IMG/VR virus record: IMGVR_UViG_3300035180_001847
Span: 41,456-105,455 of that record
Length of the DNA stretch: 64,000 bases
Source of the DNA: a virus
Reading direction: 5' to 3' (one strand)
Shown here: positions 47,972 through 58,762 of the stretch, one piece after another
How positions within the stretch are numbered: position 1 is the first letter of the stretch
How the letters are laid out: each line of letters starts with the position of its first letter
Notes under the pieces: model-generated
Seen by the model: only the letters and a program-made list of their open reading frames with translations
Database searches by the model: none
Told to the model about the DNA's origin: nothing
Position numbers and translations under genes: made by a program

Positions 47972-50230
47972 TTAATTTTTGAAACCTTTCAACCATGTAT
48001 TTCTAATTGTGGCATCTTCCCTCAAACATTTATCAAATGCGTATGGTTCAGCCAGAATCAAACATCTTTGTTTAGAGCGAGTCATTGCCGTATAAATTAA
48101 CTGGGAATTCAATAACATAAAATGCGAGTTATCAAGAACGATAATCACATCTCTATATTCTGAACCTTGAGATTTGTGGACTGATATTGCATAGGCAAGT
48201 TGTATTTCATTAATGTTTTCATGGTTATATTCAATATATTTATCTGAAAGATTATAATAAACTTTTACTCCATTCCCATCAACAAAAGTAATCACTCCAG
48301 TTTCTCCATTGAACACGTTGAGGTCATAATCATTCTTGGTGTGAATAACTTTATCATTTAACCAAAATTCGTTTTTCCCATGAACAAATTTAACTGAACT
48401 ATTATGAAAATTTATTTCTTTTTGAATCGCTAAATTGAAATTTCTTGTTGAATTTAACGTATCACTTTTTCTTGGAACTAACAATACCACATTATCTAAA
48501 CCGAAATCAGACACGGATTTTAGATATGTCTTTATAGCAATATTGAATAAATCTTCTCTTTCATTTTTAAAAATATAATAAAGGTCTTTATTATTTCCAT
48601 GAACGATTTTTGGTTCTTTCTTTTCAATGGGGTTTATTCCATTTCTAATTTTATTGGAATCTAGAATGATGCCAGAATTTTTTGCTTGTCTTTGAATTTC
48701 AGTTAATTCAAATCTCGTAAATGGCATATCTATTTCATATAGATCGGAAAAAACATTTCCTTCACCAATGGGAGGAAGCTGACCCCTATCACCCATCAAG
48801 ATTACCTTTGTTTTAGTGGTATCAATTGCCTCAAATAATTTTTTAAATAAAAATGAATTTATCATTGATGACTCATCAACGAGAACTATGGAAAAATCAA
48901 GTTTATTTCTTTCTCCATATATAAATCCAGATTTTCCCTGCGCTCCAAGTAATCTATGAATTGTCATTGCATCAAATCCAGTTACGGATTGAATCCTCAT
49001 GGCCGCAACGGCGGATAAAGAACAAACACCAATTTTATATCCCATATTTCTATATATAGAAAGAACTCCTCTGGCAATGCTTGTTTTTCCAGTTCCACTT
49101 AATCCAGTAATACTGGAAAAATTATTCATGGTTATTTTCTCAATCACATTTTTTTGCTCATCGGTATACGAAAAACCAAGCTCCTTCTCCGCCATTTTAA
49201 TGCCCGTATTTATCGCATCATCACTTACTTCGAGGGGAATTGAATTATGAATAGATAAAATGGCGTCGTAAATATATTTTTCATAGTCATAAAATTTTTT
49301 AAGAGAAATTTTATCGTTTTCTATATGTAGAAATTTCGGATTATTTTTTTCTCCATCCATAAAATTTTCTAAAAGTTCATCTGTTTCAGGAATATTGTTA
49401 TTCACTTCTTTTTTTAAATCATAAATAGTAACCCAAGTATCACCATCTTGAGAACGTTGTTCCAAATAATACTTGATGAAAGAAACCAGTCTTGTTTCAG
49501 AATTTCTTAAATTGGGATTTAGTTGATTGGCAATCTTGTCCGCTGTTTTAAATGTTATTCCATCTGCTTCGGTAATAATATACGGATTTCTTAAAATCTT
49601 TTCTCGAAGAATTTTGGGATTAGTTTCATAGTCTAATAGTTTTTTGATTTTGGAAAAAGAAATTCCAAGAGGTGTAAGCAAAATTAATATATCAGATAAA
49701 GCAAAATTACTTACAATCTTTTCTTTAATTTTATCCCATGTAGTCTGTCCAACCCCCTTAATTAAATCTAAATCAACATTATCTTTACCAGAAATAATGT
49801 CATCGACAATATTTGGATAGTTTTCCAGAATGGATTGAGCCTGATTATTTGTGACTAAAGAACGCAAATATAATTCCTGTTCATCCCTTGTCTTTGGCTG
49901 AACCAATTCAACCGATTTAATTGTATATTGATAACCCCTTATTTTTTTTACATATTCAGGGATGCCAACAATATTATAAATATCTCCTATCGATGGTTCT
50001 GGCATCTTTCCGGCAATTGAAACGATATAAGATGATGACTCATTATTTGTTTCAATGTCGTAATCCAACTGCAATTTGGAATGCGGTATTTCATTTTTAG
50101 TTGAAACAACCAGAGCGCCCCAAGAACTATTTGGGTCATAATATCTAATGGACTTGATTATTGCAGTAAATGTCAATGGTTGTTTTTCTTTATTTGTATC
50201 GATGTTTTCCATTATTGGTTTCCTTTTCAT
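47972..50230 (-). CDS. recD2: RecD2-like SF1B helicase
   Basis: NPY, F.TADKIA, GLSGTGKT, TIHRLL, DESSM, GDRGQLPPIG, AYAISVHKSQGSE, YTAMTR. Confidence 0.92.
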   Translation of the reverse strand: MKRKPIMENIDTNKEKQPLTFTAIIKSIRYYDPNSSWGALVVSTKNEIPHSKLQLDYDIETNNESSSYIVSIAGKMPEPSIGDIYNIVGIPEYVKKIRGYQYTIKSVELVQPKTRDEQELYLRSLVTNNQAQSILENYPNIVDDIISGKDNVDLDLIKGVGQTTWDKIKEKIVSNFALSDILILLTPLGISFSKIKKLLDYETNPKILREKILRNPYIITEADGITFKTADKIANQLNPNLRNSETRLVSFIKYYLEQRSQDGDTWVTIYDLKKEVNNNIPETDELLENFMDGEKNNPKFLHIENDKISLKKFYDYEKYIYDAILSIHNSIPLEVSDDAINTGIKMAEKELGFSYTDEQKNVIEKITMNNFSSITGLSGTGKTSIARGVLSIYRNMGYKIGVCSLSAVAAMRIQSVTGFDAMTIHRLLGAQGKSGFIYGERNKLDFSIVLVDESSMINSFLFKKLFEAIDTTKTKVILMGDRGQLPPIGEGNVFSDLYEIDMPFTRFELTEIQRQAKNSGIILDSNKIRNGINPIEKKEPKIVHGNNKDLYYIFKNEREDLFNIAIKTYLKSVSDFGLDNVVLLVPRKSDTLNSTRNFNLAIQKEINFHNSSVKFVHGKNEFWLNDKVIHTKNDYDLNVFNGETGVITFVDGNGVKVYYNLSDKYIEYNHENINEIQLAYAISVHKSQGSEYRDVIIVLDNSHFMLLNSQLIYTAMTRSKQRCLILAEPYAFDKCLREDATIRNTWLKGFKN

Positions 50231-50238
50231 GTTGCATT

Positions 50239-53200
50239 TTATTCTAAAAATTTATCGTTTTGTTTCATTACATAATATGTTTCAAGCCATAAATCGAATT
50301 TATCTGGTACATCTTCCCATTTTCCGTTGATTGCTTTTCTTTTTATGTTTTTCTTTTTCAATGTTTTACATAATAGAACATCGCCAATTTTAAACGGATG
50401 TTCAGAAAAGGTTTTCTTATCTATTTTCAATGTTTTTCGCATACCATTTTTTAATGTGTGAACAAGAGCCTTCGGAGAATATTCTAAATTCAAATCCATG
50501 ATGAATGCATACATCTTATTGACATCAAATTTTGTAAAAATATCGCCAGTAATATTGAATTCAGATGTAATTTTTTCTAAAATTGAAAAATTTTCATTTT
50601 GCATCCATTGTTCAATTTCTCTTAATTCTTTCAATCTGCTTTCTTTGGTTTCATTCTTCAATGAACTAGAATATCTAAATTTTCCAGATTTAAATTCATC
50701 AAAAATTTTTAGCAATTTTTTTTCGCCACCAAAATCTTCAAAATATCCTATTTTAATAAGTTGTTCAAATTTAGATGATAAAAATTTATTTTCTTCGGCG
50801 CAAACCAATAAATCAACAAAGGTATTTCCTTTAAATATTTGATAAAGATTAAACATATCATCTGAAATTTTTGAACCGAAACCCTTTAAACTTTTAATAG
50901 ATTGTGTGATTTCATTCCTTTCAGTATTTCCAATAATCTTTCTGTTATCTTGTCCAAATTTCAGCTTTGGAAACTTTATATGAAAAAATGATTCAGCTTC
51001 TTTTTTTGCTAGATTTAGTCTGTCTTTATCGCCATCTTCTTCCATCATTTGAAGAAAAACTTCATAAAATTCAATGGGATAGTGTGATTTCAACCATGCA
51101 CCATACAGACTATCACCAGCAACGGAATAAGCATGACTGCTGTTGAATGAATAGCGGCTAGAATCTTCAATGATTTTCCAAGTCATATTTGCAATTTCAT
51201 TTGACTTATTTTCATCTAGTTTTTCTATTTCCATCAATCTTTTCATCATTCCGTTGATGAATTTTTCTTTTTTAGACAAAACCTTCTCGTATCTTTTTTT
51301 GGCAATATTTTTGATAATATCATAGGTTTCTTTGATTGGAATTCCCGCCCATGCCATAACATTCATTGCATTTTCTTGATAAAGCATATAGCTAAAAGGG
51401 AATTCATCTGTTTGAATCACTTTGTCTAATGATTTAACCCCATATTCAAATGGAAGTCTTGCTTCAAATTGAGAATAATTTGACTTGAATCCTGGTCTAA
51501 TTGCGGCTATAAAAGCCGATAAATCAGAAATATTACGAGGGGAATATTTAGCAACCCGCTCGATTGTTCCAGATTTTTCTACTTGGTTAATTCCAATTCC
51601 CAATCCATTTTTATATATATCCCAAGTTTTATCATCAGCTTTTCTTAGCAATTCAGACAATGAAAATGGCTCAATTCCAATTCTATCGAAAACACGATAA
51701 ATTAAATCCACGACACTTACTTTTAATAAATCATTTTTGAACATCTTGTATTTTTCTGCGAATTCCCCATCGCAATTCACACAAATATGTTCAGAATCTC
51801 CACTTTTGATTTTAATTAATCCAAATTCTTCTCTTATATCTCCCTGTCCATATAATAAATATGCACATGGATGAGGAGAAATGGTATTTACAATGTTCAA
51901 ATACTTTCGACTTTCATTATAAATCGGAAGATATTCTTCATCAATATAATCATCGATTTGAGGAGCATTGTCCAAATCAACATCATCTGGATTTTCCTCA
52001 ATGTAATGCCGCATATCCTTTTCAAAATTTTTTAAAATATCTGAAATAAAATTGGATGTATCAAAATCAATCCCGGCGGCTCTTGCATAAAGTTTCCATG
52101 CGCCAGAATTTTTTACTTTTCCAAATGCAATCATGGGATAAGAATGCTGTTCCCCGATTATTTCTTTTTGAGCCTTTGCAAATATTGATGGTGTTCCCAA
52201 ATTTAAATCAACATCTGGCAAAGAACCAGTTTCCAAAATTCTTTCCGCTGTAATAAATCTTTCTGGAAACAGTTTGACTGTTGCGGCAATTCTATCAATC
52301 GTTGTAATTCCAAGTAATTTTGTAATATAAAAACTTGGCGCAGAACCACGCCCCGTTAAAGTAATGGAGCCACCCAATTCTTTTCCTCTGGCAACTATTT
52401 TTTCATCAAGAAGAAAATAATCGGACATTTTCGATGTAATAACAACATCTATTTCTTTTTTTATTTCATTTTCATATAATGGCCATTTATCAAACGGCAC
52501 ATTGTTTTTTTCTTCATCCCATCTTTCCCAAACAAGTTTCTTGAAAATTGAATCCTTTTCATCTTGGGATTTATCGGGATAAAGTGTTGGCATTTTAATT
52601 AATTTGTCATTAAAAATAATTGAATCATAAACATCCACATTTTCAAAAATCATTGTGTTTTGGAGAGAAATTTCAATTTGTTCATCTGAAAGAATGTTTT
52701 GATCTTGAAATCTTTTAAAAGCCAAATCATAAGATGGAAAATCCATGAACCAACCATCTTCATCTGGATAAGAAATTCCACGAGAAATAAGAAAGTTGTC
52801 TCTCTCAATCTTTTGAGATTCATGAATCATGTGAGTATCCATACCAGCTATGATTTGAATACCATACCTTTCGGATAATCTCAAAACTTCCTTATTTATT
52901 TCTTTTTGTTTTTCAACATTATGATTTTGAACTTCAAGAAAAAAATTATTTTTAAAATTATTATGGAATTGCAAAATCAAATTTTCATAATCATCATATT
53001 TCCACACTCCGCCCAAACAAGCAGATGTAACCCAAACATCGTTGGAGGGGAGTGATAGAATCAATTCTAAATCTGTTCGAGCCTTATAATAAAATCCAGT
53101 TACATTTGCTTCGCTGAGAATTCTATTTATGGCTTTACGTCCATTTTCATTCTTGGCAAGAAGAACAAGATGCGCGTTTGTCGCATCTTTTTCAAAACGA

Positions 53201-53427
53201 TTTTTTACAAAATAGGTTTCAACTCCAAGCAACGGTTTCAAATTATTTTTTTTAGCAAGTTCAATGATTTCAATGAATCTTCCAGTCGTACCATGTTCAA
53301 CACCCGATAGGACTGGCATTCCTAATTCAATAGTCCTATTGGCTCTATCAGAATTGGAAATAACAACATCTGGGGTAACAATGTTACTGTAAAAGGAATG
53401 CGAATGATAATTTATATAATTGTTCAA
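50239..53427 (-). CDS. dnaE: DNA polymerase III alpha subunit (YorL-like)
   Basis: PHP domain (HSHS, EHG, HLVLLAKN, SACLGG); GRGSA; LPDVDL; HPCA; YQE; YSFNSSHAYS. Confidence 0.93.
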   Translation of the reverse strand: MNNYINYHSHSFYSNIVTPDVVISNSDRANRTIELGMPVLSGVEHGTTGRFIEIIELAKKNNLKPLLGVETYFVKNRFEKDATNAHLVLLAKNENGRKAINRILSEANVTGFYYKARTDLELILSLPSNDVWVTSACLGGVWKYDDYENLILQFHNNFKNNFFLEVQNHNVEKQKEINKEVLRLSERYGIQIIAGMDTHMIHESQKIERDNFLISRGISYPDEDGWFMDFPSYDLAFKRFQDQNILSDEQIEISLQNTMIFENVDVYDSIIFNDKLIKMPTLYPDKSQDEKDSIFKKLVWERWDEEKNNVPFDKWPLYENEIKKEIDVVITSKMSDYFLLDEKIVARGKELGGSITLTGRGSAPSFYITKLLGITTIDRIAATVKLFPERFITAERILETGSLPDVDLNLGTPSIFAKAQKEIIGEQHSYPMIAFGKVKNSGAWKLYARAAGIDFDTSNFISDILKNFEKDMRHYIEENPDDVDLDNAPQIDDYIDEEYLPIYNESRKYLNIVNTISPHPCAYLLYGQGDIREEFGLIKIKSGDSEHICVNCDGEFAEKYKMFKNDLLKVSVVDLIYRVFDRIGIEPFSLSELLRKADDKTWDIYKNGLGIGINQVEKSGTIERVAKYSPRNISDLSAFIAAIRPGFKSNYSQFEARLPFEYGVKSLDKVIQTDEFPFSYMLYQENAMNVMAWAGIPIKETYDIIKNIAKKRYEKVLSKKEKFINGMMKRLMEIEKLDENKSNEIANMTWKIIEDSSRYSFNSSHAYSVAGDSLYGAWLKSHYPIEFYEVFLQMMEEDGDKDRLNLAKKEAESFFHIKFPKLKFGQDNRKIIGNTERNEITQSIKSLKGFGSKISDDMFNLYQIFKGNTFVDLLVCAEENKFLSSKFEQLIKIGYFEDFGGEKKLLKIFDEFKSGKFRYSSSLKNETKESRLKELREIEQWMQNENFSILEKITSEFNITGDIFTKFDVNKMYAFIMDLNLEYSPKALVHTLKNGMRKTLKIDKKTFSEHPFKIGDVLLCKTLKKKNIKRKAINGKWEDVPDKFDLWLETYYVMKQNDKFLE

Positions 53428-53484
53428 AATAAAATCTCCTAATAATTAAATAATAAATACCCGCATATTTTCATGTGGGTATTT

Positions 53485-53513
53485 ATTATAATGTATTTTT
53501 ATTTATTTGTCAA
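53485..53513 (-). promoter_or_regulatory. Sigma70-type promoter for dnaE; abuts hairpin 53455-53484
   Basis: TTGACA-N17-TATAAT. Confidence 0.75.
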
Positions 53514-53522
53514 GCATCAATA

Positions 53523-55304
53523 TTATTCATTGATCCGATATTCTTCAATTATAAATGCCCACCGCCGTTCACCATTATATTCAGTTCTGGCAATCTTACA
53601 AATTACATCCATAAACAAATCATCTCCATCCCAATTGAATCCTTCATTATTGCCGCTTCCGTACTTCTTATAAATAACATCATTTTCATCCGCATGAAAA
53701 TTTAATATATCTACGCCATCTTTCAATTCAAATTTCCAATTGTTTTTTATTTCACTTTTTTCTCTTGCACCAAAGAAGGAAATATCGGAAGATTTTACCC
53801 CTATATTCTTTATAAGAATTTTAGCTTCCGGTATTCCCTGTCCCCAATATTTTTTAAAATTGTGGATGGGCAGTAGCATATTGTCTAAGATTAATATTTC
53901 TTCTTTTTTATTGAAGTCAAATTCATAATCAATATTATGAATTTTTTCAAAACTATAATCTTTTAATTTTTCATTTGACAATTCAATACTTTTTAATAGC
54001 TGTTTTTTAGAATATCCTACCCCACTTGCGTTCATATGCCCGCTTAAGAATGAAGCATATCCCAGACTCTCAAGAAAACCTTTTAAATTAGTCAATGGAC
54101 TATCCTGAAAGTTTCTTATGCTTCCTGAAAAATAATCGCCTTTTTCATTTTTACGCAAAAGAACAACTGGTTTATTGAACTTGGATGCTAGACGTTGAGC
54201 AATGAGACCTGTAAAAGCCCTATCCACCCTATCATCACAAAGAGCAAACAAAATCTTGTTATCGTTGCGCTTAAATTTTTCAATATCTTCTAGGATGATT
54301 TCCATGCCCTTGTCTATGGCTCTATCTTGACGACTCTTACTATTTGTGCAAAGTCTTAATGCACGAGCATAAACAGATTCTTGAACAATTGTTTTATCGC
54401 GCTTAACATACTCAAATGATTCATCCTTTTCACATAATGCCTGAAACATTATTTGTTTATCCAATTCTGAACCCGAACGTATAGTGCCATTTATAAGTGG
54501 AACAACAAAAAACGAGACATCAATTATTGTTGGAGGAGAGTTTTTGATTCTGTAATCATTATTAATCAATTCCAATAAAAATTTATTTTTAATGTTCTCT
54601 AATCCCAAAGTAATTAGATGGCGATTTTCAATATTCCTAATGTCCATACCATCTGAAATAATTGAAAATGCCACCAGATCAAGATAGTCGTCAGCATAGT
54701 TTGTCCATTCAAAATCATCAATAGCTTTTAGGAATTTCCATGTTATCAATGTTCCACTTGAATCTGGATTTGAATAATTCTCAATTAATTGAGGATTTAT
54801 AATTATCGAATGTTCATTTTTATTTTTTTCAACAATGTGGTGGTCAAATAAAATTGTTTTACAACCTAAGTCTGATAAAATCTTTGCTTCTTTATAGTCA
54901 TTAGTTGAGGAGTCTGGTATAAGCAATAAATCAAGATTTCCTGATTTTGCATCTTCTACAACCTTAGAAAATAACTCTTTATCACCGAGACCATGTTGCT
55001 TGGAATCGTGAGAATAATATTCTAAATCTAATCCAAAAGCCTTTTTGATATATGAATATAACATTGCAGAAGAAAACATTCCATCTGCGTCTGGATCACT
55101 GTAAATTTTTATTTTTTCCTTATTTTCGATAGATTGCTTAAGTGTTCGATATGCCTGATTAATGCTATCACCCAATAAAGAATATGATAAAATATCCTTG
55201 TCATTTGTATTTAAATAATGCTCAGGGTCTTCAACCCCCCTCCTGGACAGGATTTCATGTTTTATATCTGAACATCCTTTGTTTTCGCTGATTTTATATT
55301 TCAC
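53523..55304 (-). CDS. recJ: RecJ-like ssDNA exonuclease (YorK-like)
   Basis: D.DADG, HG, DHH, GSIR and GH.NA.G DHH/DHHA1 motifs. Confidence 0.9.
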   Translation of the reverse strand: MKYKISENKGCSDIKHEILSRRGVEDPEHYLNTNDKDILSYSLLGDSINQAYRTLKQSIENKEKIKIYSDPDADGMFSSAMLYSYIKKAFGLDLEYYSHDSKQHGLGDKELFSKVVEDAKSGNLDLLLIPDSSTNDYKEAKILSDLGCKTILFDHHIVEKNKNEHSIIINPQLIENYSNPDSSGTLITWKFLKAIDDFEWTNYADDYLDLVAFSIISDGMDIRNIENRHLITLGLENIKNKFLLELINNDYRIKNSPPTIIDVSFFVVPLINGTIRSGSELDKQIMFQALCEKDESFEYVKRDKTIVQESVYARALRLCTNSKSRQDRAIDKGMEIILEDIEKFKRNDNKILFALCDDRVDRAFTGLIAQRLASKFNKPVVLLRKNEKGDYFSGSIRNFQDSPLTNLKGFLESLGYASFLSGHMNASGVGYSKKQLLKSIELSNEKLKDYSFEKIHNIDYEFDFNKKEEILILDNMLLPIHNFKKYWGQGIPEAKILIKNIGVKSSDISFFGAREKSEIKNNWKFELKDGVDILNFHADENDVIYKKYGSGNNEGFNWDGDDLFMDVICKIARTEYNGERRWAFIIEEYRINE

Positions 55305-55325
55305 TATGCTTCACAATCTCCTGTC

Positions 55326-56387
55326 TTATTTCAATTTTATCTTGTTGTTTTTAATCATTATCTCAAAAATTTCTTTTTTGTCTGTGGGGCTATATTTATC
55401 TGGTAAAATGTTATTGTCATCAAATAAAGCATAAACATTTACACCATATCTAAATTTATCAGCAATATCTTGTAATTCATTAAATTTTACGTCTTTATCA
55501 AAAGCAAGACAAATATCTACACCCAATCTGCTCAATTTATCTATTTGTTCAATACTTATTTTCTTTCCCATTGTAGCCACTGAATTTTTGTAGGAATATG
55601 ACCAAGCCTGCAAAACACTTTTCTCCGCCTCAAAAACATATACTTCCTTTTTCTGTTTTATGTAATTTTGTGTCAAATTATATCCATATAGAATTTTGTG
55701 ACGGGGGCATTTTTCCAAGAAGATATATTTCGATTCATTTTCAGGAACATCTTTATAAAACCATCTTCCCTTCACCCCAACAAAATTATTCAATTCATCG
55801 AAAATTGGAATTACAATTCTATTGCTGGCTGGGTCATAAGCTATTTGAAATTCTGCCTGAGTTCCTATCGATATATTATCATCTTGAAAGATTTGATTTG
55901 CATAAGGATAATAATAATTTTTAAGGATATAAATATCTTTTGGGATTATGGGAGTGACATCTTCTTCATCATTATTCTCAACTTCATCAAGCATTTCCTT
56001 TATTTTTTTAATTATTTTTAATGACTGAGGAATATCGTCATCAAATTTATGATAATACGATATTCCAGAAAATTCAGAAATCCATTTTAAGTTTTCAAAA
56101 AAACTTTTATCATTACAATAAAAATTAACTAAATCGATAAAATCACACGTCTCTTTTGCTTTACATATGTTTCTGGTATAGTTTATTGTCAATAAAGATT
56201 CGGACAAATAAACCGTGCAGGCTCTGGGGTTATCTCCGTTGGGATTTCCAAAAGTAAAATATGAATCGGATGATGTCATTCCATCGTGCTTTGTAATATG
56301 ATGGCATCCAAGTTCTTCAAGAATCAATTTTATTTTATCTGGATTTTGAAGCAGAAAGTTTTTTAATTGTTTAATTTCCATCAACAA
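55326..56387 (-). CDS. DNA primase (TOPRIM, YorJ-like)
   Basis: RIVIPI...VGVKGR, KY, LYG, FEAEKSV, AFDKD. Confidence 0.85.
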   Translation of the reverse strand: MLMEIKQLKNFLLQNPDKIKLILEELGCHHITKHDGMTSSDSYFTFGNPNGDNPRACTVYLSESLLTINYTRNICKAKETCDFIDLVNFYCNDKSFFENLKWISEFSGISYYHKFDDDIPQSLKIIKKIKEMLDEVENNDEEDVTPIIPKDIYILKNYYYPYANQIFQDDNISIGTQAEFQIAYDPASNRIVIPIFDELNNFVGVKGRWFYKDVPENESKYIFLEKCPRHKILYGYNLTQNYIKQKKEVYVFEAEKSVLQAWSYSYKNSVATMGKKISIEQIDKLSRLGVDICLAFDKDVKFNELQDIADKFRYGVNVYALFDDNNILPDKYSPTDKKEIFEIMIKNNKIKLK

Positions 56388-56399
56388 TATTCCTTTCTA

Positions 56400-57938
56400 T
56401 CATGCCCTAATCAATATTCCCAATTCTCTCCAGATGTTTCTATTCAAATCAATTTGAACAAGAATTGGCATCTTACTCCCCTCTCTGTTCTTATCGGGAA
56501 TGTGACCCTGTAAAACATATCCTTCCACATCGGGCAATGGCAAAGGCATCTTGGATGTTTCACCCATACCAGTATTGGTTGGAATATACTTATATTTCTT
56601 ATATTTTTCTCGTTCAATTTGCTTCCCTAAAACGAGAGAATCTAAAACAGACTTCAATCCTTTGCTTGCCGCAATGTTATTGCTTTCCAAATCCATCACA
56701 TCATAATTGGCTGTATCATCGGTCAATTGAATAGACCCCCAGCAAAAAATCCCTTCTTCTTTTGCTGTTTCACTAAGAGTCGTTGTTGTTGCAATCAATG
56801 ACGCCCAATTTCCCAGATTATCTTTTAGATTTTTTAAGTTATCGTATGCGATAAAACCAAAACCTTTTCTCGCATTTTTTCTCATGTGATTAGCCAAAGA
56901 GCCATCAGAATAATCATGTTTAACATCTAAGACATTCAAATACTTTTTAAAACAATCTTCTTCAAGCCATTTAGCAATTTTTAAAATTTCTCTATATTCA
57001 GTAGATTTCTTTTCAATTCTTTTTTTGTATTCAGCTATTGTTTCTGTAAAATTTCCTTCACTATCCCTGCCACGCTGAATTATGATTCCGTCATCATCTC
57101 TGTATAAACCAAGTTTAATTTCTCTTTCAACTTTATCAACTTTGTATCCATGCAAAGAATAAAATTCTTCATTATTTATAACCGCTGTCAATACGGCTAT
57201 TTTTAATTGTTCATAAGACATCTCATTTAACATGAGAAGTGTTTTTTCTTTTTTAACTAAAGCATTATATGCCGCAATTTTTGATAAAAATCTTGTTTTT
57301 CCAAAATTACTCTGAAGTCCAAATGCAAGCATTGATGATTTTTGAAATCCAAGAAACAATTCATTATATGTTGGAAGAAACGTTGCAGTTCCCATAGCGG
57401 GTCTATCAATATATTCATCAATCATGGAGACAACATTATCGGAAATATCTAAAATTTCCGCATCTGATGCTATTTGAGTGTGAATTGTATCAACAGAATT
57501 TCTTATGCTTTTATAAATTTGGTCGGCATTGGATTTATCAAAATTTTTATGTTCCCTAATTCTCTTGGTATCAATGCCTTTTGCCTCGTATTCTCGTAAA
57601 AGAGCGAATTTTTGAAGAATTTGAAAATAGGATTTAAATTCAGTTATATCAGAAATCTCCATAAATCCCTCAATGGTTTTCCAACCCCCTATTTTACGAT
57701 AAAACAGGAGTCTTTCTTCATCTTGATTCACATATACGGCTAGATTTTTTTCATTGAACTTCTGCTCATTTGCATAAAGAGTTGAGAGCCAATCATAAAA
57801 TGTCCTGCACACTTCATCGCTAAAGTAGTATTTTGATTTTATGATTCTTTCATATTCCAAAAATAAATCATTTGCAATAAATAAAGAACCAATAAATCTT
57901 ATTTCATTTTCTACATTACTAATGATCGTTGATTCCAT
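56400..57938 (-). CDS. dnaB: Replicative helicase, DnaB-like (YorI-like)
   Basis: SNFGKTR Walker A; NEM; YD.LK; QL; DKNR.G. Confidence 0.85.
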   Translation of the reverse strand: MESTIISNVENEIRFIGSLFIANDLFLEYERIIKSKYYFSDEVCRTFYDWLSTLYANEQKFNEKNLAVYVNQDEERLLFYRKIGGWKTIEGFMEISDITEFKSYFQILQKFALLREYEAKGIDTKRIREHKNFDKSNADQIYKSIRNSVDTIHTQIASDAEILDISDNVVSMIDEYIDRPAMGTATFLPTYNELFLGFQKSSMLAFGLQSNFGKTRFLSKIAAYNALVKKEKTLLMLNEMSYEQLKIAVLTAVINNEEFYSLHGYKVDKVEREIKLGLYRDDDGIIIQRGRDSEGNFTETIAEYKKRIEKKSTEYREILKIAKWLEEDCFKKYLNVLDVKHDYSDGSLANHMRKNARKGFGFIAYDNLKNLKDNLGNWASLIATTTTLSETAKEEGIFCWGSIQLTDDTANYDVMDLESNNIAASKGLKSVLDSLVLGKQIEREKYKKYKYIPTNTGMGETSKMPLPLPDVEGYVLQGHIPDKNREGSKMPILVQIDLNRNIWRELGILIRA

Positions 57939-57941
57939 TAA

Positions 57942-58613
57942 TCAATCTCCCAATTCATCTTCATCAAATATATCTATTTCATTCTTCTTTATGTTGTTTG
58001 TAGCAACTACTTCAGTCAACCTCTCATTGACTATTAAACTATTCTGAGCCTGTTTATTTTCTATTTCTTTTTTACCCAACCAATCCAGATAACTTCGATA
58101 TTTTCCAATCAAAACAGCTAAATCATAATTAATTCTTCCAATTCCATCAATACCGTTCTTGTGATATATCTTATTTAACCAATCCTGCTTTCGTTGAAAC
58201 ATATCTAATAAATGTTCTGGGGGAATGGGACAAGACATATCCTTCCACGTTCCATCAAATATTCCCTCCATCTTTTGATAAATATAAGTAGGAAGCATTA
58301 CCACGTCATAGGCATCACATAAATATTTATAGAGATGGCTTTTTGCCATTGTTTTATAAATATACTCGTCGCTGGATAATCTTAATTCATTAATTTTTAT
58401 GTCAAGCGCTTCTTCACTTGGCCTACGAATTTTTTTATTTAACATTTTATTTTTAAAACAATTGATGTGGTGAAAAGCATTTGATACATAAATAGTGCTA
58501 TCCCATTCCGTTTCAAGGGTTATATACTCTTTGCATTCTTTGCATTTTCGCATTGTTTTATACTTATTTATGAGTATGGTTCTATCGAATGTTTTTGTTT
58601 TATCTTTTTCCAT
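57942..58613 (-). CDS. YorH-like replication protein with N-terminal zinc site
   Basis: CKEC...H..CF; position between the AAA ATPase and the helicase. Confidence 0.6.
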   Translation of the reverse strand: MEKDKTKTFDRTILINKYKTMRKCKECKEYITLETEWDSTIYVSNAFHHINCFKNKMLNKKIRRPSEEALDIKINELRLSSDEYIYKTMAKSHLYKYLCDAYDVVMLPTYIYQKMEGIFDGTWKDMSCPIPPEHLLDMFQRKQDWLNKIYHKNGIDGIGRINYDLAVLIGKYRSYLDWLGKKEIENKQAQNSLIVNERLTEVVATNNIKKNEIDIFDEDELGD

Positions 58614-58621
58614 ATTATTTT

Positions 58622-58650
58622 ATTTTATCACACTTTCTTACAACTGTCAA
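58622..58650 (-). promoter_or_regulatory. Sigma70-type promoter
   Basis: TTGACA-N17-TAAAAT. Confidence 0.65.
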
Positions 58651-58694
58651 ATTAAATTTATTATTTATGTTTTATAAACTAAAGATATTTTTAA

Positions 58695-58732
58695 AAATAA
58701 GGATGTGTCCCCTACCGACCACATCCTTATTT
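58695..58732 (-). terminator. Intrinsic terminator
   Basis: AAATAAGGATGTG/CACATCCTTATTT. Confidence 0.7.
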
Positions 58733-58762
58733 AGCTAATATATTTAATTATTCCACTATTAT

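Noticed and set aside
47972-57938. Inteins or introns in DnaE, RecD2, helicase or primase
   Set aside because: Lengths are normal, and no intein terminal motifs or frame breaks were seen.
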